Shown: positions 18,058-27,850 of the stretch, piece by piece
Position numbering within the stretch: position 1 is the first letter of the stretch
How the letters are laid out: every line of letters starts with the position of its first letter
Notes under the pieces: model-generated
Database searches by the model: none
What the model saw: the letters and a program-made list of their open reading frames with translations, nothing else
What the model was told of the DNA's origin: nothing
Made by a program: the position numbers and the translations under genes
Source: a virus
Lineage: Duplodnaviria; Heunggongvirae; Uroviricota; Caudoviricetes
Length of the DNA: 64,000 nucleotides
IMG/VR virus record: IMGVR_UViG_3300005512_005684
Span: 103,003 to 167,002 of that record
Direction: 5' to 3' (one strand)

Positions 18058-18474
18058 ATGTCCAAGATCGAGGGAGACGAGGTTGTAGATATTGGTATTC
18101 ACAACGATCGTACGAAGATCGTTGGCCGTTATGGTAAGTTCCTCGTTACGGAACCGTACCAAGGTGGTTCCATGACGCGTCCTGATCTTTTTCAGTGGGA
18201 GGTGTGGGAAGTTGAAGACGGAGAAATGGCATGGCCGGTGGCTGAGTTCCAGAAACAGGAACACGCGGAGTTGTTCGCCAAGGTTATGAGCAATGGCCAA
18301 GGTGCGTTCACTGAAGACGAGCTTGGTCACATGGTTGTTTGTCTCGCTGAGTGTGCGGAGCGAGCGTTGAGGTACGCTGAAGAGTTGCCGGAAGGTTTGG
18401 GAGAGTTTCTGGACGGGATTAAGTCGAAAGTGGAAGTGCATTGGGGGCTTACTTGGCCGGAGGTGAAAGTATGA
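18058..18474 (+). CDS. hypothetical protein
   Basis: GAGAGAGA RBS-like, ATG. Confidence 0.3.
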   Translation: MSKIEGDEVVDIGIHNDRTKIVGRYGKFLVTEPYQGGSMTRPDLFQWEVWEVEDGEMAWPVAEFQKQEHAELFAKVMSNGQGAFTEDELGHMVVCLAECAERALRYAEELPEGLGEFLDGIKSKVEVHWGLTWPEVKV

Positions 18475-18665
18475 AGCGATTGAACGTGGACATCGATCAA
18501 GGTGACGAGCGTGACCTACAAGCGATCATGAAAGCCTTGGGCACGAGCAAGAAAACCGAGGCCGTGCGAAGGATGATTCGCCTGACGAGCGCCGTTCTCA
18601 AAACGGCGAAGGATGGAAAGGTGTACATGGTGTCTGGTAAGGAAGTCGAAACCATCATTGTCTGA
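18471..18665 (+). CDS. ribbon-helix-helix (CopG/Arc/ParD-like) DNA-binding protein
   Basis: MKRLNVDIDQGDERDLQAIMKALGTSKKTEAVRRMI has beta-strand then two helices typical of the RHH fold. ATGA overlap. Confidence 0.4.
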   Translation: MKRLNVDIDQGDERDLQAIMKALGTSKKTEAVRRMIRLTSAVLKTAKDGKVYMVSGKEVETIIV

Positions 18666-18675
18666 GAGGGTAACA

Positions 18676-19089
18676 ATGGAGCCGATCAACGAAAATCCTT
18701 TCGAGCATACGTGCCGCAACGGCACCGTTTTTACCGCGAAACGGTGTGATTTCCTGGGCGGAGTGGCGTTCAGAGACGAGTCAGCCAACGAGGCTTTGTT
18801 CTTACAGGACTTGTCGGAAATGATTGGCTTTCACGCGTGCAATATACATCCTCGATTGAATGGCTTCCAGGGTTACGATTGTGTGAATTTTGTAAGAGAG
18901 GAAGGGCGTTCAGAGACGGAAGTGGACCGGATGTTCCGGCAAAAGGAAAAGGTTGTGAAGAGTGGTGTTGGTATGGCTCAGGCTGCGGCGACGTTGGTTT
19001 TGGCGGAGGTCGTTGACCGCCATTTTCGTATGGTTATTGACTTCATTGACGGAGACGGAGACGATGGCTCGGAAGGTGAAGAGAGCTAA
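18676..19089 (+). CDS. hypothetical protein
   Basis: GAGAGGG RBS before internal ATG. Confidence 0.3.
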   Translation: MEPINENPFEHTCRNGTVFTAKRCDFLGGVAFRDESANEALFLQDLSEMIGFHACNIHPRLNGFQGYDCVNFVREEGRSETEVDRMFRQKEKVVKSGVGMAQAAATLVLAEVVDRHFRMVIDFIDGDGDDGSEGEES

Positions 19090-20077
19090 GACAGGGCGGA
19101 CGCACGACACGTATGCCACCTATCGAGATCGTTTTCTCTGGGAGTGTCGAGAGTTCGATCCCGGTCTGCGAAAAATGGGTTATCAGGAAGCCTCAAAGGA
19201 GGCTGTGTACTTTTTCCACCAGCAACCGCGGTTGGTCGAGAGTATCAATGCGGCTATCTTGTTCACGGAGTATGGCTATTACGACTCCGGGTGCGTGACA
19301 ATCTTTCCCGAGAACAAGAAACTCTTGGAGTTGCTCTATAGGGTGAACTTCGAGGTGACTCAGGAGACACTTGTACCGAAGAACAGCTTTGTGTCGTTTG
19401 CGTGGCCGAAGGGGACGGTGATCGATGGTGTTGAGGTTCCCCCGTGCGTTATGGGTCATTACAGTGTGCGGGAGCTAATAGACCTTCACTCGAAGTACCG
19501 GCGCGAATATGGTTTGAATAGTTTGGAATTCGGCCATGATAGTGACGACATCGACGCAAGACACTTGGTCTTTTCCTACCAGGCTACGGAGACCAAGTGG
19601 GCGAGGTTGCAGTTGCCGGTGTCGCGAGCCGCAGAGGCTATGACGGTCGAGACTATTCAAGCGTTTGATACACCAAGTGTGTATGGCTCTCATGCCGTGA
19701 TTGCGCTCGACGAAGACGAATACAAGTGCTTCCACGTACTCTTTCGACTTTGCTGCACCATGTGCATGTACATTTCGGATTTCCCCCACGCGGTCGTGGA
19801 CGGGTATCCTGAGTCCATGAAGGGCTATGCGAGAGAGCGACACGTGAATCGGACAGGGGTTACCATAGCGGCTCCAACGATTGTCCGAAGTCACGGTGGA
19901 GGTACTACACACGCGAGTCCGCTCCCTCACCTTCGAGGCCCTCATACGCGCACACTCCGGCATGAAAAGTTTTACCGTGACGGAGGAACTTTGAGAGTGA
20001 TACCCGTGCGAGGAACTTGGGTGAACCTGGAGGTTGATCCGAAGACGGTCAAAGTGGTTCAAACAGGAGAAAAATGA
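19064..20077 (+). CDS. hypothetical protein
   Basis: GGAGACGGAG RBS; MARKVKRAKTGR start; 26-nt overlap with upstream gene. Confidence 0.35.
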   Translation: MARKVKRAKTGRTHDTYATYRDRFLWECREFDPGLRKMGYQEASKEAVYFFHQQPRLVESINAAILFTEYGYYDSGCVTIFPENKKLLELLYRVNFEVTQETLVPKNSFVSFAWPKGTVIDGVEVPPCVMGHYSVRELIDLHSKYRREYGLNSLEFGHDSDDIDARHLVFSYQATETKWARLQLPVSRAAEAMTVETIQAFDTPSVYGSHAVIALDEDEYKCFHVLFRLCCTMCMYISDFPHAVVDGYPESMKGYARERHVNRTGVTIAAPTIVRSHGGGTTHASPLPHLRGPHTRTLRHEKFYRDGGTLRVIPVRGTWVNLEVDPKTVKVVQTGEK

Positions 20078-20562
20078 TGTTCTATCCGTTTACCGGGAAC
20101 GTGAAGTACTACGACGCCGCAGCCGGTTGTGAGCGAGATGTGTCGAGGACTATTGGTGCCAATAGTGTTGAGGAAGCGTGGTCGAGTACGATTGCGGTGG
20201 CAAAGCATCTGGGAGGTATACACAACGTTATTTACGTGTGGTTGACGACTTCGGTTTGGGAACGCGAAGGCGGTGTTTTTGCGTTGAAGGAGGAACCGGT
20301 TGCACGGGTTCAGGTCATCGACGATCTAGATATGATTCTTACTGCGACCGATGGAATGACCGTCAAGTTCATGCAGCGAGTGTGTGGCTATCGAGAGGGT
20401 GAACGTGTAAGGGAAACTGAGGTGTTCGAGCAAGATGAATTCGTGGTCCTGGACTTGGGTCGGTGTATCGAGTTGGATGATCTGGCAGTCTTCACGCGGT
20501 TCGCTACCTTGGAGCGAATGTGCGGTCACCGAGGTCGAGCCGCCTTTCTTTTCAGGAAGTGA
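20074..20562 (+). CDS. hypothetical protein
   Basis: ATGA overlap. Confidence 0.3.
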   Translation: MMFYPFTGNVKYYDAAAGCERDVSRTIGANSVEEAWSSTIAVAKHLGGIHNVIYVWLTTSVWEREGGVFALKEEPVARVQVIDDLDMILTATDGMTVKFMQRVCGYREGERVRETEVFEQDEFVVLDLGRCIELDDLAVFTRFATLERMCGHRGRAAFLFRK

Positions 20563-20564
20563 CA

Positions 20565-20996
20565 ATGACAGAGATTGATGGAAAATACGTTCTGGAGTTG
20601 TCTTCCCGGCAAGCCAGATTGATCGTCAAAATCCTGGACTTGTATCTCCGCCTGGGAATGGGTCATTGGGAGGTTCTGGCCGAAGAACTCTCGATACTTC
20701 ATGATCTCGATTTCCCGATACATGACGACTCGAATATCGTCTTTCGGCTTTTGATGGAAATGAAGAGGGAGGTGACGGGCCACTCGTATGGTGGGAGCTA
20801 CGGCTGCGCGCACCCGAAGGTGCATGTGGACGCGAAGGTCGCGTGTGAACTTGAAACTGTGCTTCGTCAGGTGATTGCGAGAGCGGAGAATATGCAAGGC
20901 ACCACGTGGAGCCACGATCCCTTGAGGATAAGTGGAGAGCCTTTGGCGTCGTGTCAGTTTGTCCCTACAGAGGATGATGAATGCGAAACCTCATAG
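20565..20996 (+). CDS. hypothetical protein
   Basis: AGGAAGTGA RBS before ATG 20565. Confidence 0.3.
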   Translation: MTEIDGKYVLELSSRQARLIVKILDLYLRLGMGHWEVLAEELSILHDLDFPIHDDSNIVFRLLMEMKREVTGHSYGGSYGCAHPKVHVDAKVACELETVLRQVIARAENMQGTTWSHDPLRISGEPLASCQFVPTEDDECETS

Positions 20997-21199
20997 CGTT
21001 GGTCATGATCGTCGCGGGAATCATTCTCGCTTTATGGCCGCAGTGTCAGATCATGGTGTTCGGTAGGGGCATCTTGACGGTGGAAGCATCGTTAGCGAAT
21101 GTGGCCGAGTATTGGTACATGTACCTTGGGGCTACAATTCTGCTCGTGGGTGGATTCTTTGTCAGCGAAAAGGAAAAGCCAAGAGGGAGACTACCGTGA
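20981..21199 (+). CDS. small two-TM membrane protein
   Basis: Hydrophobic segments LIALVMIVAGIILALW and ATILLVGGFFV. Confidence 0.3.
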   Translation: MRNLIALVMIVAGIILALWPQCQIMVFGRGILTVEASLANVAEYWYMYLGATILLVGGFFVSEKEKPRGRLP

Positions 21200-21483
21200 G
21201 ACGACAAGTGACAGTAGAAATCACACCGTCGGTTATCGAGTTGTTGGATCACTTCAACAGTCTCGGGACCCTTGATAGGTTCGTCCTCTTTCACAATCTG
21301 GCCGATATGATAGTGAACGAGGACGGCGAGGATGGTCTTCGTAAGATGATCGAGTGTATGAGTAACGGCAGCTCCCTTCATAGGCTGGAAGGGAAAGCCC
21401 AATCGGTAAGAGACTTCGTAACCATGATCGAAAGGGTGACCAATGAAGCTGATCCGAAAGCACAAGCTACAAGTACGGATTGA
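21196..21483 (+). CDS. hypothetical protein
   Basis: GTG start with AGAGGGAGA RBS; GTGA overlap. Confidence 0.3.
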   Translation: MRRQVTVEITPSVIELLDHFNSLGTLDRFVLFHNLADMIVNEDGEDGLRKMIECMSNGSSLHRLEGKAQSVRDFVTMIERVTNEADPKAQATSTD

Positions 21484-21697
21484 GTGTAGCTCCGAGGCCG
21501 AATTCGAGTCGGCATCTGAAGCGTGTACTCGCTTCAACGTGGGTTGGGAGTTCATGAAGGAAGGGGACACGAAGGTGATCTCTTTCGAGTTACACACAAA
21601 GGACGAAGAGACACCGTTGACGCCGGTGGTCGGACAGGAGGTTATGTCGCCTAGTGAAGTGTTGACCATACTTCAATCCTACCTCGTGGGGCCGTGA
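21443..21697 (+). CDS. hypothetical protein
   Basis: ORF overlapping upstream gene by ~40 nt. Confidence 0.25.
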   Translation: MKLIRKHKLQVRIECSSEAEFESASEACTRFNVGWEFMKEGDTKVISFELHTKDEETPLTPVVGQEVMSPSEVLTILQSYLVGP

Positions 21698-21700
21698 CCG

Positions 21701-22036
21701 ATGCAGTTCAAAGATAATCGGGAAGGGGACTGCGGGATATGTGAAGCGTGCGGCGAAGAGTGTCAGGAAGTTCAGATTGATCAAGGGTTCGGACCCTATG
21801 AGTACGGGAGTATTCATGACATTCACCAGGACTGGGTGTGGGTCTCGCCGTGTTGCGAGGCCGAGGTTGTTCCCGGTGGTGTCAAGCTCGTACGGGAGAA
21901 AACACATACGGCTCGCCGAGATCACAAGGATGGGAAGATCAAAGTCGGTGATAGGTACGAGGTGAAGGTCTTCCGCCACTGGAAGGAAGGCGGCCCTTCG
22001 TGGATTACGTCGTCGAAGCGAAGACTGGCAAGTTAG
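21701..22036 (+). CDS. small Cys-rich (zinc-binding?) protein
   Basis: CGICEACGEEC...SPCCEAE. Confidence 0.3.
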   Translation: MQFKDNREGDCGICEACGEECQEVQIDQGFGPYEYGSIHDIHQDWVWVSPCCEAEVVPGGVKLVREKTHTARRDHKDGKIKVGDRYEVKVFRHWKEGGPSWITSSKRRLAS

Positions 22037-22045
22037 GAGACCATC

Positions 22046-22615
22046 ATGCTAGTGGACAGAGTTCCTTCAGGTCAATACTTCAGATTTCATGATCGGTTGT
22101 GGTTCAAGATCGGAATCCTTCACGAGCGCGATGGTGACGCGGTGATTGCCGTGGATGTCGTGGGCAGAGACTTGACGTGCGGCACATACGAAGATGAGAT
22201 TGACAACACGAAAGACGAGGTGGAACTGGCTACGCAAGACGAATGGAACTTGCGAAGAGATCAAGTGTTCTGGGTCGCCGACATGATACTCAGGAGCGCC
22301 ATTAAGACGGCCTGCGGTGACATACAGGACATGCTTTACAAAGACCTCGTGAACAAGGGGAGGGAGATTCTCCAAGGCTTTCTGGAGTCGGGGGACGAGG
22401 GTTATGATAAGGTCTTGGGGATCATTGCGTCGGTGATCAAGAATGACGAGGGCAAGGCTGAAATGTACGCACAAGCGGTGACGTGGTTTCGACAATTGAC
22501 ACCCGAGATTCTCGTGGACGGAGGTTGCTACGCTCGGGAGCGGGTTTATGCTGGTTTCCGGCTGGAAGAGTTTGGAGGAGACGACGATTGGCAAGAGAAC
22601 CGAGACAGGAAGTAA
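22046..22615 (+). CDS. hypothetical protein
   Basis: AGGAGA RBS. Confidence 0.3.
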   Translation: MLVDRVPSGQYFRFHDRLWFKIGILHERDGDAVIAVDVVGRDLTCGTYEDEIDNTKDEVELATQDEWNLRRDQVFWVADMILRSAIKTACGDIQDMLYKDLVNKGREILQGFLESGDEGYDKVLGIIASVIKNDEGKAEMYAQAVTWFRQLTPEILVDGGCYARERVYAGFRLEEFGGDDDWQENRDRK

Positions 22616-22623
22616 TTGACACC

Positions 22624-23010
22624 ATGAAAGCGTTGGCCGACTTCACGTGGGCCGATTGCAAGATGAGTTGTCGGACGGAGTACTCGTGTTGCGATCAAGG
22701 TTACTGCGAAGCCGCGGCTATGTACGCACGTGACGTGTGGGGTGTTGAACTGGAACGAGTCAATGATGATGAGACCCCGTTTTTGGGAGGGACTGGTTGT
22801 ATCGTCGAGCCACACTTGAGACCGATGTGCACGGCTCACCATTGCGAGATTTGTTCGGCTGGATTCAAGCGCGGTAACGTGGAATGGACGGAAGAGTACT
22901 ATCGCTTGCGAGCGCTTGCTGACAACGCACTTGCTGAATTCGAGGAAATACTGGAGGGTAACGAACATGACACCGAAGCAAATGACCTACTTCCTCAGTC
23001 GTGTGTGTAG
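22624..23010 (+). CDS. Cys-rich hypothetical protein
   Basis: Internal ATG after upstream stop. Multiple Cys pairs (CDQGYCE, CTAHHCEIC). Confidence 0.3.
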   Translation: MKALADFTWADCKMSCRTEYSCCDQGYCEAAAMYARDVWGVELERVNDDETPFLGGTGCIVEPHLRPMCTAHHCEICSAGFKRGNVEWTEEYYRLRALADNALAEFEEILEGNEHDTEANDLLPQSCV

Positions 23011-23164
23011 CTCCGGGGTAGATGTCCGGGGGAAGCGGTTTATAGACACGTCTGAGAGAATCGCCAACATGGTGGGACGGTCGATGTCAGACAGTGAAAA
23101 AGAGTTGGTAATCCACGAGGCGGGTGACGCCTTGTTCTGCTCGATTGAATGGAGGAAGGCATGA
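22967..23164 (+). CDS. small hypothetical protein
   Basis: GGAGGG RBS before ATG; overlaps upstream gene by 44 nt. Confidence 0.25.
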   Translation: MTPKQMTYFLSRVCSSGVDVRGKRFIDTSERIANMVGRSMSDSEKELVIHEAGDALFCSIEWRKA

Positions 23165-23595
23165 GTTCCATTGCTGAAGAGACGGATTCTCAATTGCTCT
23201 TGCTCATGGCTGCGTACAAGCGTTTGCAGCAAGCATTCCCTGACCACGAACTTTTGAGGTTCGCCGAATTGCAAGAGGATGGAAAGGGAGTTGTGTTCAG
23301 CGAAGAGTATCACGACCAGTACGTCGAGACCGACGACGAATACAGAATTCAAGGAATGATCCGGTACACCAGTGAACTGGAGAAAGCGTTCAAGGAAGGG
23401 ACCTCATACCTTTGTGCCAGTGTGCCACCGTACATTGGTCATCGGACGCCGGGCGCGACACCACGTGACTCGAAGACCGTGAGGTGCTATTGGCGAGGCC
23501 GACCTTTCCAGGAAGGTGACGAGGTTGGGAGTGAAATGAAGGTGACAGAGGAAGAGATTGTTATATTCCTTTTTGCTCAGGAGAGTTCACAATGA
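23161..23595 (+). CDS. hypothetical protein
   Basis: GGAGGAAGG RBS; ATGA overlap. Confidence 0.3.
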   Translation: MSSIAEETDSQLLLLMAAYKRLQQAFPDHELLRFAELQEDGKGVVFSEEYHDQYVETDDEYRIQGMIRYTSELEKAFKEGTSYLCASVPPYIGHRTPGATPRDSKTVRCYWRGRPFQEGDEVGSEMKVTEEEIVIFLFAQESSQ

Positions 23596-24182
23596 GTTTG
23601 ATGATCACTCGTGCGACCGAAGTGAGTGTGCACAAGCATGGAGAGAATCGTAAACTGTTGCTGCGGTTCTTTGTGAGTGGTGGGGAGCCATGCGTGTCTA
23701 TCGAGGTCATGGAGCGGGTCGCAGGTAAAGGAGATCGAGAACATGACACCTGGCGTCCTCACTTCCGGGTGTCCATCGGAAGTGTCGATGAATTGTGTTG
23801 TGAATCCGTTGGCCAAGAGTTCGCAAAGGGGATCAGTCGCGGGGAAGTCGGCGGGAAAACGTTTCGATACTTCGTTCACCGGTTCTTGCGCTACTACCTT
23901 GTTCAGAACTGGAAAATCCTTGATCAGCTTCACGGATACTCTAAGATTGATTTGTTCGGAGCTTGTCTTGACGTAGGTGAACACTTCAGTGTCTCCACGG
24001 CCTGGGGCTTGACAGAGCTTGATCCTGGTACGAACGGGTTTGTTCACCTGGTTTACGAAATGGCTAAGTTCGGTGTTTCGTGGGACGATTTGAATGAGCG
24101 ATTTGTGAAGCCAGACCCCGAGGATTTCCCGGAAACCTTCATGTATTGTGGCACCGAGCATTCTTACGAGGGGCAAGGATAA
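23592..24182 (+). CDS. hypothetical protein
   Basis: AGGAGAG RBS. Confidence 0.3.
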   Translation: MSLMITRATEVSVHKHGENRKLLLRFFVSGGEPCVSIEVMERVAGKGDREHDTWRPHFRVSIGSVDELCCESVGQEFAKGISRGEVGGKTFRYFVHRFLRYYLVQNWKILDQLHGYSKIDLFGACLDVGEHFSVSTAWGLTELDPGTNGFVHLVYEMAKFGVSWDDLNERFVKPDPEDFPETFMYCGTEHSYEGQG

Positions 24183-24634
24183 TGGACATCGGATCAGGAG
24201 CCGGATACCCGGCGTCAGCGTTGTCAAACTTCGCCCCACATCCGTTCGTGATCGACGGTGTGAAGTGCTATTCAATGGAAGGCTTCCTACAAAGCCTCAA
24301 GTTCAAGAATCCCGAAATGCAGGTCGAGGTCTGCAAGCTCGTGGGGAAGGCGGCGAAGTTCAAGGGCAAGAAAAAGAAATGGTGGCGGACCCAGACCTTG
24401 TGGTGGCGTGGGGAAGAGATTGATCGTCATAGTGAGGGGTATTCTACCTTGCTTGACAGGGCGTTCAATGCTTTGGCCAAGAACAGCGGTTTCAAGAAAG
24501 CGCTTCTAGCCACCGGCGACGCGAAGTTGACTCATAGCATGGGTAAGCGTGACCCGAACCGCACGATATTGACTATCGGTGAGTTCTGTGGTCGGTTGAC
24601 GCGGATACGAGAGAGGTTGAATGGCAATGGCTGA
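24182..24634 (+). CDS. NADAR-domain (YbiA-like, NAD/ADP-ribose-associated) protein
   Basis: MDIGSGAGYPASALSNFAPHPFVIDGVKCYSMEGFLQSLKF...ALLATGDAKLTHS matches the YbiA/NADAR signature (LSNF, DG, EH/EG-FQ, LL.TG). AAGGATAA RBS. The ORF-track start at 24146 is upstream in-frame. Confidence 0.55.
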   Translation: MDIGSGAGYPASALSNFAPHPFVIDGVKCYSMEGFLQSLKFKNPEMQVEVCKLVGKAAKFKGKKKKWWRTQTLWWRGEEIDRHSEGYSTLLDRAFNALAKNSGFKKALLATGDAKLTHSMGKRDPNRTILTIGEFCGRLTRIRERLNGNG

Positions 24635-25046
24635 GACGTTGACAGTGAGTGAGGCAACCGAGGCACTGCGCCGCGACATTGATGTTGATCCGTCGCGCGA
24701 TCCAGAGTGTTTTGATGCAGGTATGGTTCTACTTGGTTCGTTGATCCATGGCCCCAACATTAAACGGATCGCCAGTTGGTCGGGTATCCCACATGTTCGT
24801 GTTGCGACGGTTAGTCGTAATCTTCGTCAGTGCGGTGTGTGGAAAGGGAAGTGCATAGACGCACAACCGTGGTTTGACGAGAACGGTGGTGCGGTTGCCT
24901 TCCTGTTGGATGTCATGGTCGGTGCCGGCTTGTGTGAGCGCCGTGAACAAGATGACGATGAACCTTTGTACTGGTCAACCGAGGATCAAAGCATGACCGA
25001 GGTTGCTATCGACGCTCTGAAAGAAATCCTGGGGGAAACGAAATGA
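24621..25046 (+). CDS. hypothetical protein
   Basis: ORF overlapping upstream stop. Confidence 0.3.
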   Translation: MAMAETLTVSEATEALRRDIDVDPSRDPECFDAGMVLLGSLIHGPNIKRIASWSGIPHVRVATVSRNLRQCGVWKGKCIDAQPWFDENGGAVAFLLDVMVGAGLCERREQDDDEPLYWSTEDQSMTEVAIDALKEILGETK

Positions 25047-25234
25047 GCAAGGAAGAATGGAAGATGGAAGAGGCTGGGTGGTGGATCAACGGAAGCATTG
25101 CCGTCGTGCGAGAGAGTAACGGGCGTTGGCATAGTTACGTGACTGAGGATGACACACCGAAGAACTCCCCTTCATTCAAGACCATGCAGGAAGCCATGCA
25201 GGACGCGGAGAAAAGGAGAGACGAAAATGGATAA
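25043..25234 (+). CDS. small hypothetical protein
   Basis: ATGA overlap. Confidence 0.25.
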   Translation: MSKEEWKMEEAGWWINGSIAVVRESNGRWHSYVTEDDTPKNSPSFKTMQEAMQDAEKRRDENG

Positions 25235-25595
25235 GTTTGGGTATGTGACAGGGGAGAGTGGTGACGTGGCGTTGGTCGCCGTTCAACTCCGGGCGAATAT
25301 GTCGCTACGGATCGTTTGGACTGACAGTCGCGGCTTTGCGTGTCCGATTTACTTCGTCCCTTCGGCGACACTTGACTCGTACTATGATACGACTTCGCAC
25401 ACTACTCGCTGGAGAGACTCCGGCATGGTGGTCGTGTCAATGGAAAAACTCGGATGCTTCCACTTGAACTTACTGAACCGCGGTGGGAAAGAGTTCTCTG
25501 GAGAATACGTTGCCGAAAAACTCGGTGTAGATAAGGGACATACCGCGAACAAGTTGGCGGAGTTCTTGACGGCGATCTCTCGATTCGAGGCGTGA
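25227..25595 (+). CDS. hypothetical protein
   Basis: AAGGAGAGA RBS before MDKFGYV. Confidence 0.3.
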   Translation: MDKFGYVTGESGDVALVAVQLRANMSLRIVWTDSRGFACPIYFVPSATLDSYYDTTSHTTRWRDSGMVVVSMEKLGCFHLNLLNRGGKEFSGEYVAEKLGVDKGHTANKLAEFLTAISRFEA

Positions 25596-25742
25596 ATAAG
25601 CTATGGTAATTCCGTAGCGAAAGGGACAACCATCTACACGGGTATGCCATCTGACAGTGGGTTCACGAACGGAAATAACTTGAACTTAGGGGCACAATTC
25701 ATGAAGTGACGTAAAACGCCGTTTGCACTGGTATTGCGGGAT

Positions 25743-25800
25743 TGTACGCTGAAGGGCGACTAACACAAAATGCGTGTTGGTCGCCCTTTTCATTTTGTTT
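25743..25800 (+). terminator. strong rho-independent terminator
   Basis: GGGCGACTAACAC-loop-GTGTTGGTCGCCC (13-bp stem with one G.U) followed by TTTTCATTTTGTTTC. Sits in a 308-nt non-coding gap. Confidence 0.6.
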
Positions 25801-25903
25801 CTATATACACCTACTATGAACCAGAACTGAGGTGGAGAAAACATGGAGTGTAAAGACAGGAAATAATGGCGACGTTTTGTCTTAGACGAAGGAGGTACCT
25901 GGG

Positions 25904-27850
25904 GTGTCAAAATCTAAATCAGATGTAACGCTGGCACGCGTGTTCGCGTTGAATCCCATGAAGACGATTGCCGACTTCGCGGCGACGGACGTGTACGCGG
26001 CAATTGAGGAGTTGATTGCAAATCAGTACGACGAAGACAGTCGTGTTTCTGAGGTGTTCTTCGACGGAGGCACGTTGACGTTGAAAGACGACGGCTCGGG
26101 CATGTTGCCCGAGGACCTTGTGTATTTCTACCAGGTGGGTGGAAGCCCGAAGGTGCGTGAGCCAATCTCCCCGGAAAAGAAAAGGATCCGAATCGGGAAG
26201 TTCGGCGTGGGCACGATTCTACTCGACTTTCTTTGTGAGGAGTACGATCTTTACACCATGAAAGATGGTGTGCGTACAACGGTGAAGGAACGATTCACCG
26301 GAGAGTTGACGGAAGGGAAGGAAATCCCTTACAGGACAGAGAACGTTGATCATGACTTGCATGGGACGACGTTGATCTTGAAGAAACTTCGCTTTGCCGA
26401 AGGTGAAAGTTTTGATCTGGAGAAACTACATCGTCGGTTGGCATGGGCGTTCTTGCCGGAAGACGAGTTCCATGTCGAACTGAACGGTGAGTTGGTAGAA
26501 CCGAAACTCGACCGGTTTGCGGATAAGTTCGAGTACGAGATCAACGGGCGTGACATTGGTCAGGTCCAACTCGAAATCTATTACTCTAATGCGACTACGG
26601 AGCACGCGGGTGTGCACGTGTACGTGAATGGCCGGCGCGTTGGACGCCAGGAGGACTTCCTGGACCTTGGTAAGATTCGGGCGGACTTTGAGCGCCGTCT
26701 GGTCGTGAAGATTAAGGCCAACGGGTTGAATGACGCGATTCATTTCAACCGGGAACACTTCGACACAAATCATCCGACGTACGTGAACCTACAGAGAGCG
26801 GTGAAGCGTCGTTTGATGGAAGTGAAGTCTTCGGCGGAAGGAAAACAACGAACCAGTCCCTCCGTAAACATTCGACGCCGGATGTCCGAGTTGCGTAAAG
26901 ACGTGGAATGGAGACTGAATGAGCGGGCGTTGTGGTCGAAGATCGGGGCCAGTCGCCGACTGACGTTACTTTTCAATGAAGAGGTCGAAAAAGATCACGT
27001 GGGGGAGATTGACTTTTCCACGGGTGAGTTGTCGATCAACCTGGAGCACCCTTCCTTGGCGATTACTCCTGACATGAAGCCGCTCTTGTTCAAGCACATG
27101 TTGCTGAGTGCAGCCTTGGAGACGATTGCGGGGACAATGTGCAAGGGGAACCACAACGTTTACAGACGCGAAATTGCCAAGATGTGGACATTCGTGTTAG
27201 CGTCAGATGTAGCGCCGGTGGAAATGATTCGCGGTCTGTTGCCTGGGAAACTTTACAACGTCAAACAACTCGCGGAGTTTACCGACCTGAGTCCGGCTGC
27301 GATTCGTCGTATGTTCGATGCGGAGATTGTCAATCAAGATTCGCAGGGGCGAGTTCGTGGCAAGGAAATGATCGACATAGAGAGAAAGTTGGATGGGTTT
27401 ACTTCCCTGTTTGACGTAGCTCGAAGGGTACACGGTGACAAGTACGACTTCGCGGCGGTGGAACGGATCGAACGTCGCTTAGAGTCGGCGAATGATATGG
27501 AACCGTTTGCCATAGATTGTAGCGCTCACCCGAGGGTGCGGAGTTTCTTTTTCTATGACTTATGCGCGGACTACGTGTTCGACCGGCTCGCGGGCACCGA
27601 AGTGGCTCAGGCCGCAACGGTCGCGGAGCGTTTGCGTGACACGTATTTGTCAGTGTACCAACTGAGTCTGAAGGGCGGAGGGATTACGAGTCTTCCGAAA
27701 GACGTTGTGAACCGTGTTCTCAGCGACGCTCGGAAAAACCGTCTCACGATCCGGGAGAAATTCCAACGACAGATGATACGAGTTCACTTAGGTGACTTTG
27801 TTTCAGCTTGTCAAGCATTGAAGATAGGGGGAGAAAATGGCGACACTTAG
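25904..27850 (+). CDS. GHKL-superfamily ATPase (Hsp90/MORC-like Bergerat fold) with ~450-aa unknown C-terminal region
   Basis: GTG start after GGAGG. N-box EELIANQYDE, G1 box LKDDGSGM, G2 box GKFGVGT (cf. Hsp90 GQFGVGFYS). Confidence 0.55.
   Translation: MSKSKSDVTLARVFALNPMKTIADFAATDVYAAIEELIANQYDEDSRVSEVFFDGGTLTLKDDGSGMLPEDLVYFYQVGGSPKVREPISPEKKRIRIGKFGVGTILLDFLCEEYDLYTMKDGVRTTVKERFTGELTEGKEIPYRTENVDHDLHGTTLILKKLRFAEGESFDLEKLHRRLAWAFLPEDEFHVELNGELVEPKLDRFADKFEYEINGRDIGQVQLEIYYSNATTEHAGVHVYVNGRRVGRQEDFLDLGKIRADFERRLVVKIKANGLNDAIHFNREHFDTNHPTYVNLQRAVKRRLMEVKSSAEGKQRTSPSVNIRRRMSELRKDVEWRLNERALWSKIGASRRLTLLFNEEVEKDHVGEIDFSTGELSINLEHPSLAITPDMKPLLFKHMLLSAALETIAGTMCKGNHNVYRREIAKMWTFVLASDVAPVEMIRGLLPGKLYNVKQLAEFTDLSPAAIRRMFDAEIVNQDSQGRVRGKEMIDIERKLDGFTSLFDVARRVHGDKYDFAAVERIERRLESANDMEPFAIDCSAHPRVRSFFFYDLCADYVFDRLAGTEVAQAATVAERLRDTYLSVYQLSLKGGGITSLPKDVVNRVLSDARKNRLTIREKFQRQMIRVHLGDFVSACQALKIGGENGDT

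Noticed and set aside
25596-25903. Possible tRNA or small structured RNA gene in the 308-nt gap before the GHKL gene
   Set aside because: No cloverleaf could be built by eye (no 7-bp acceptor stem with GTTCRANYC T-loop). The only clear structure is the terminator hairpin.
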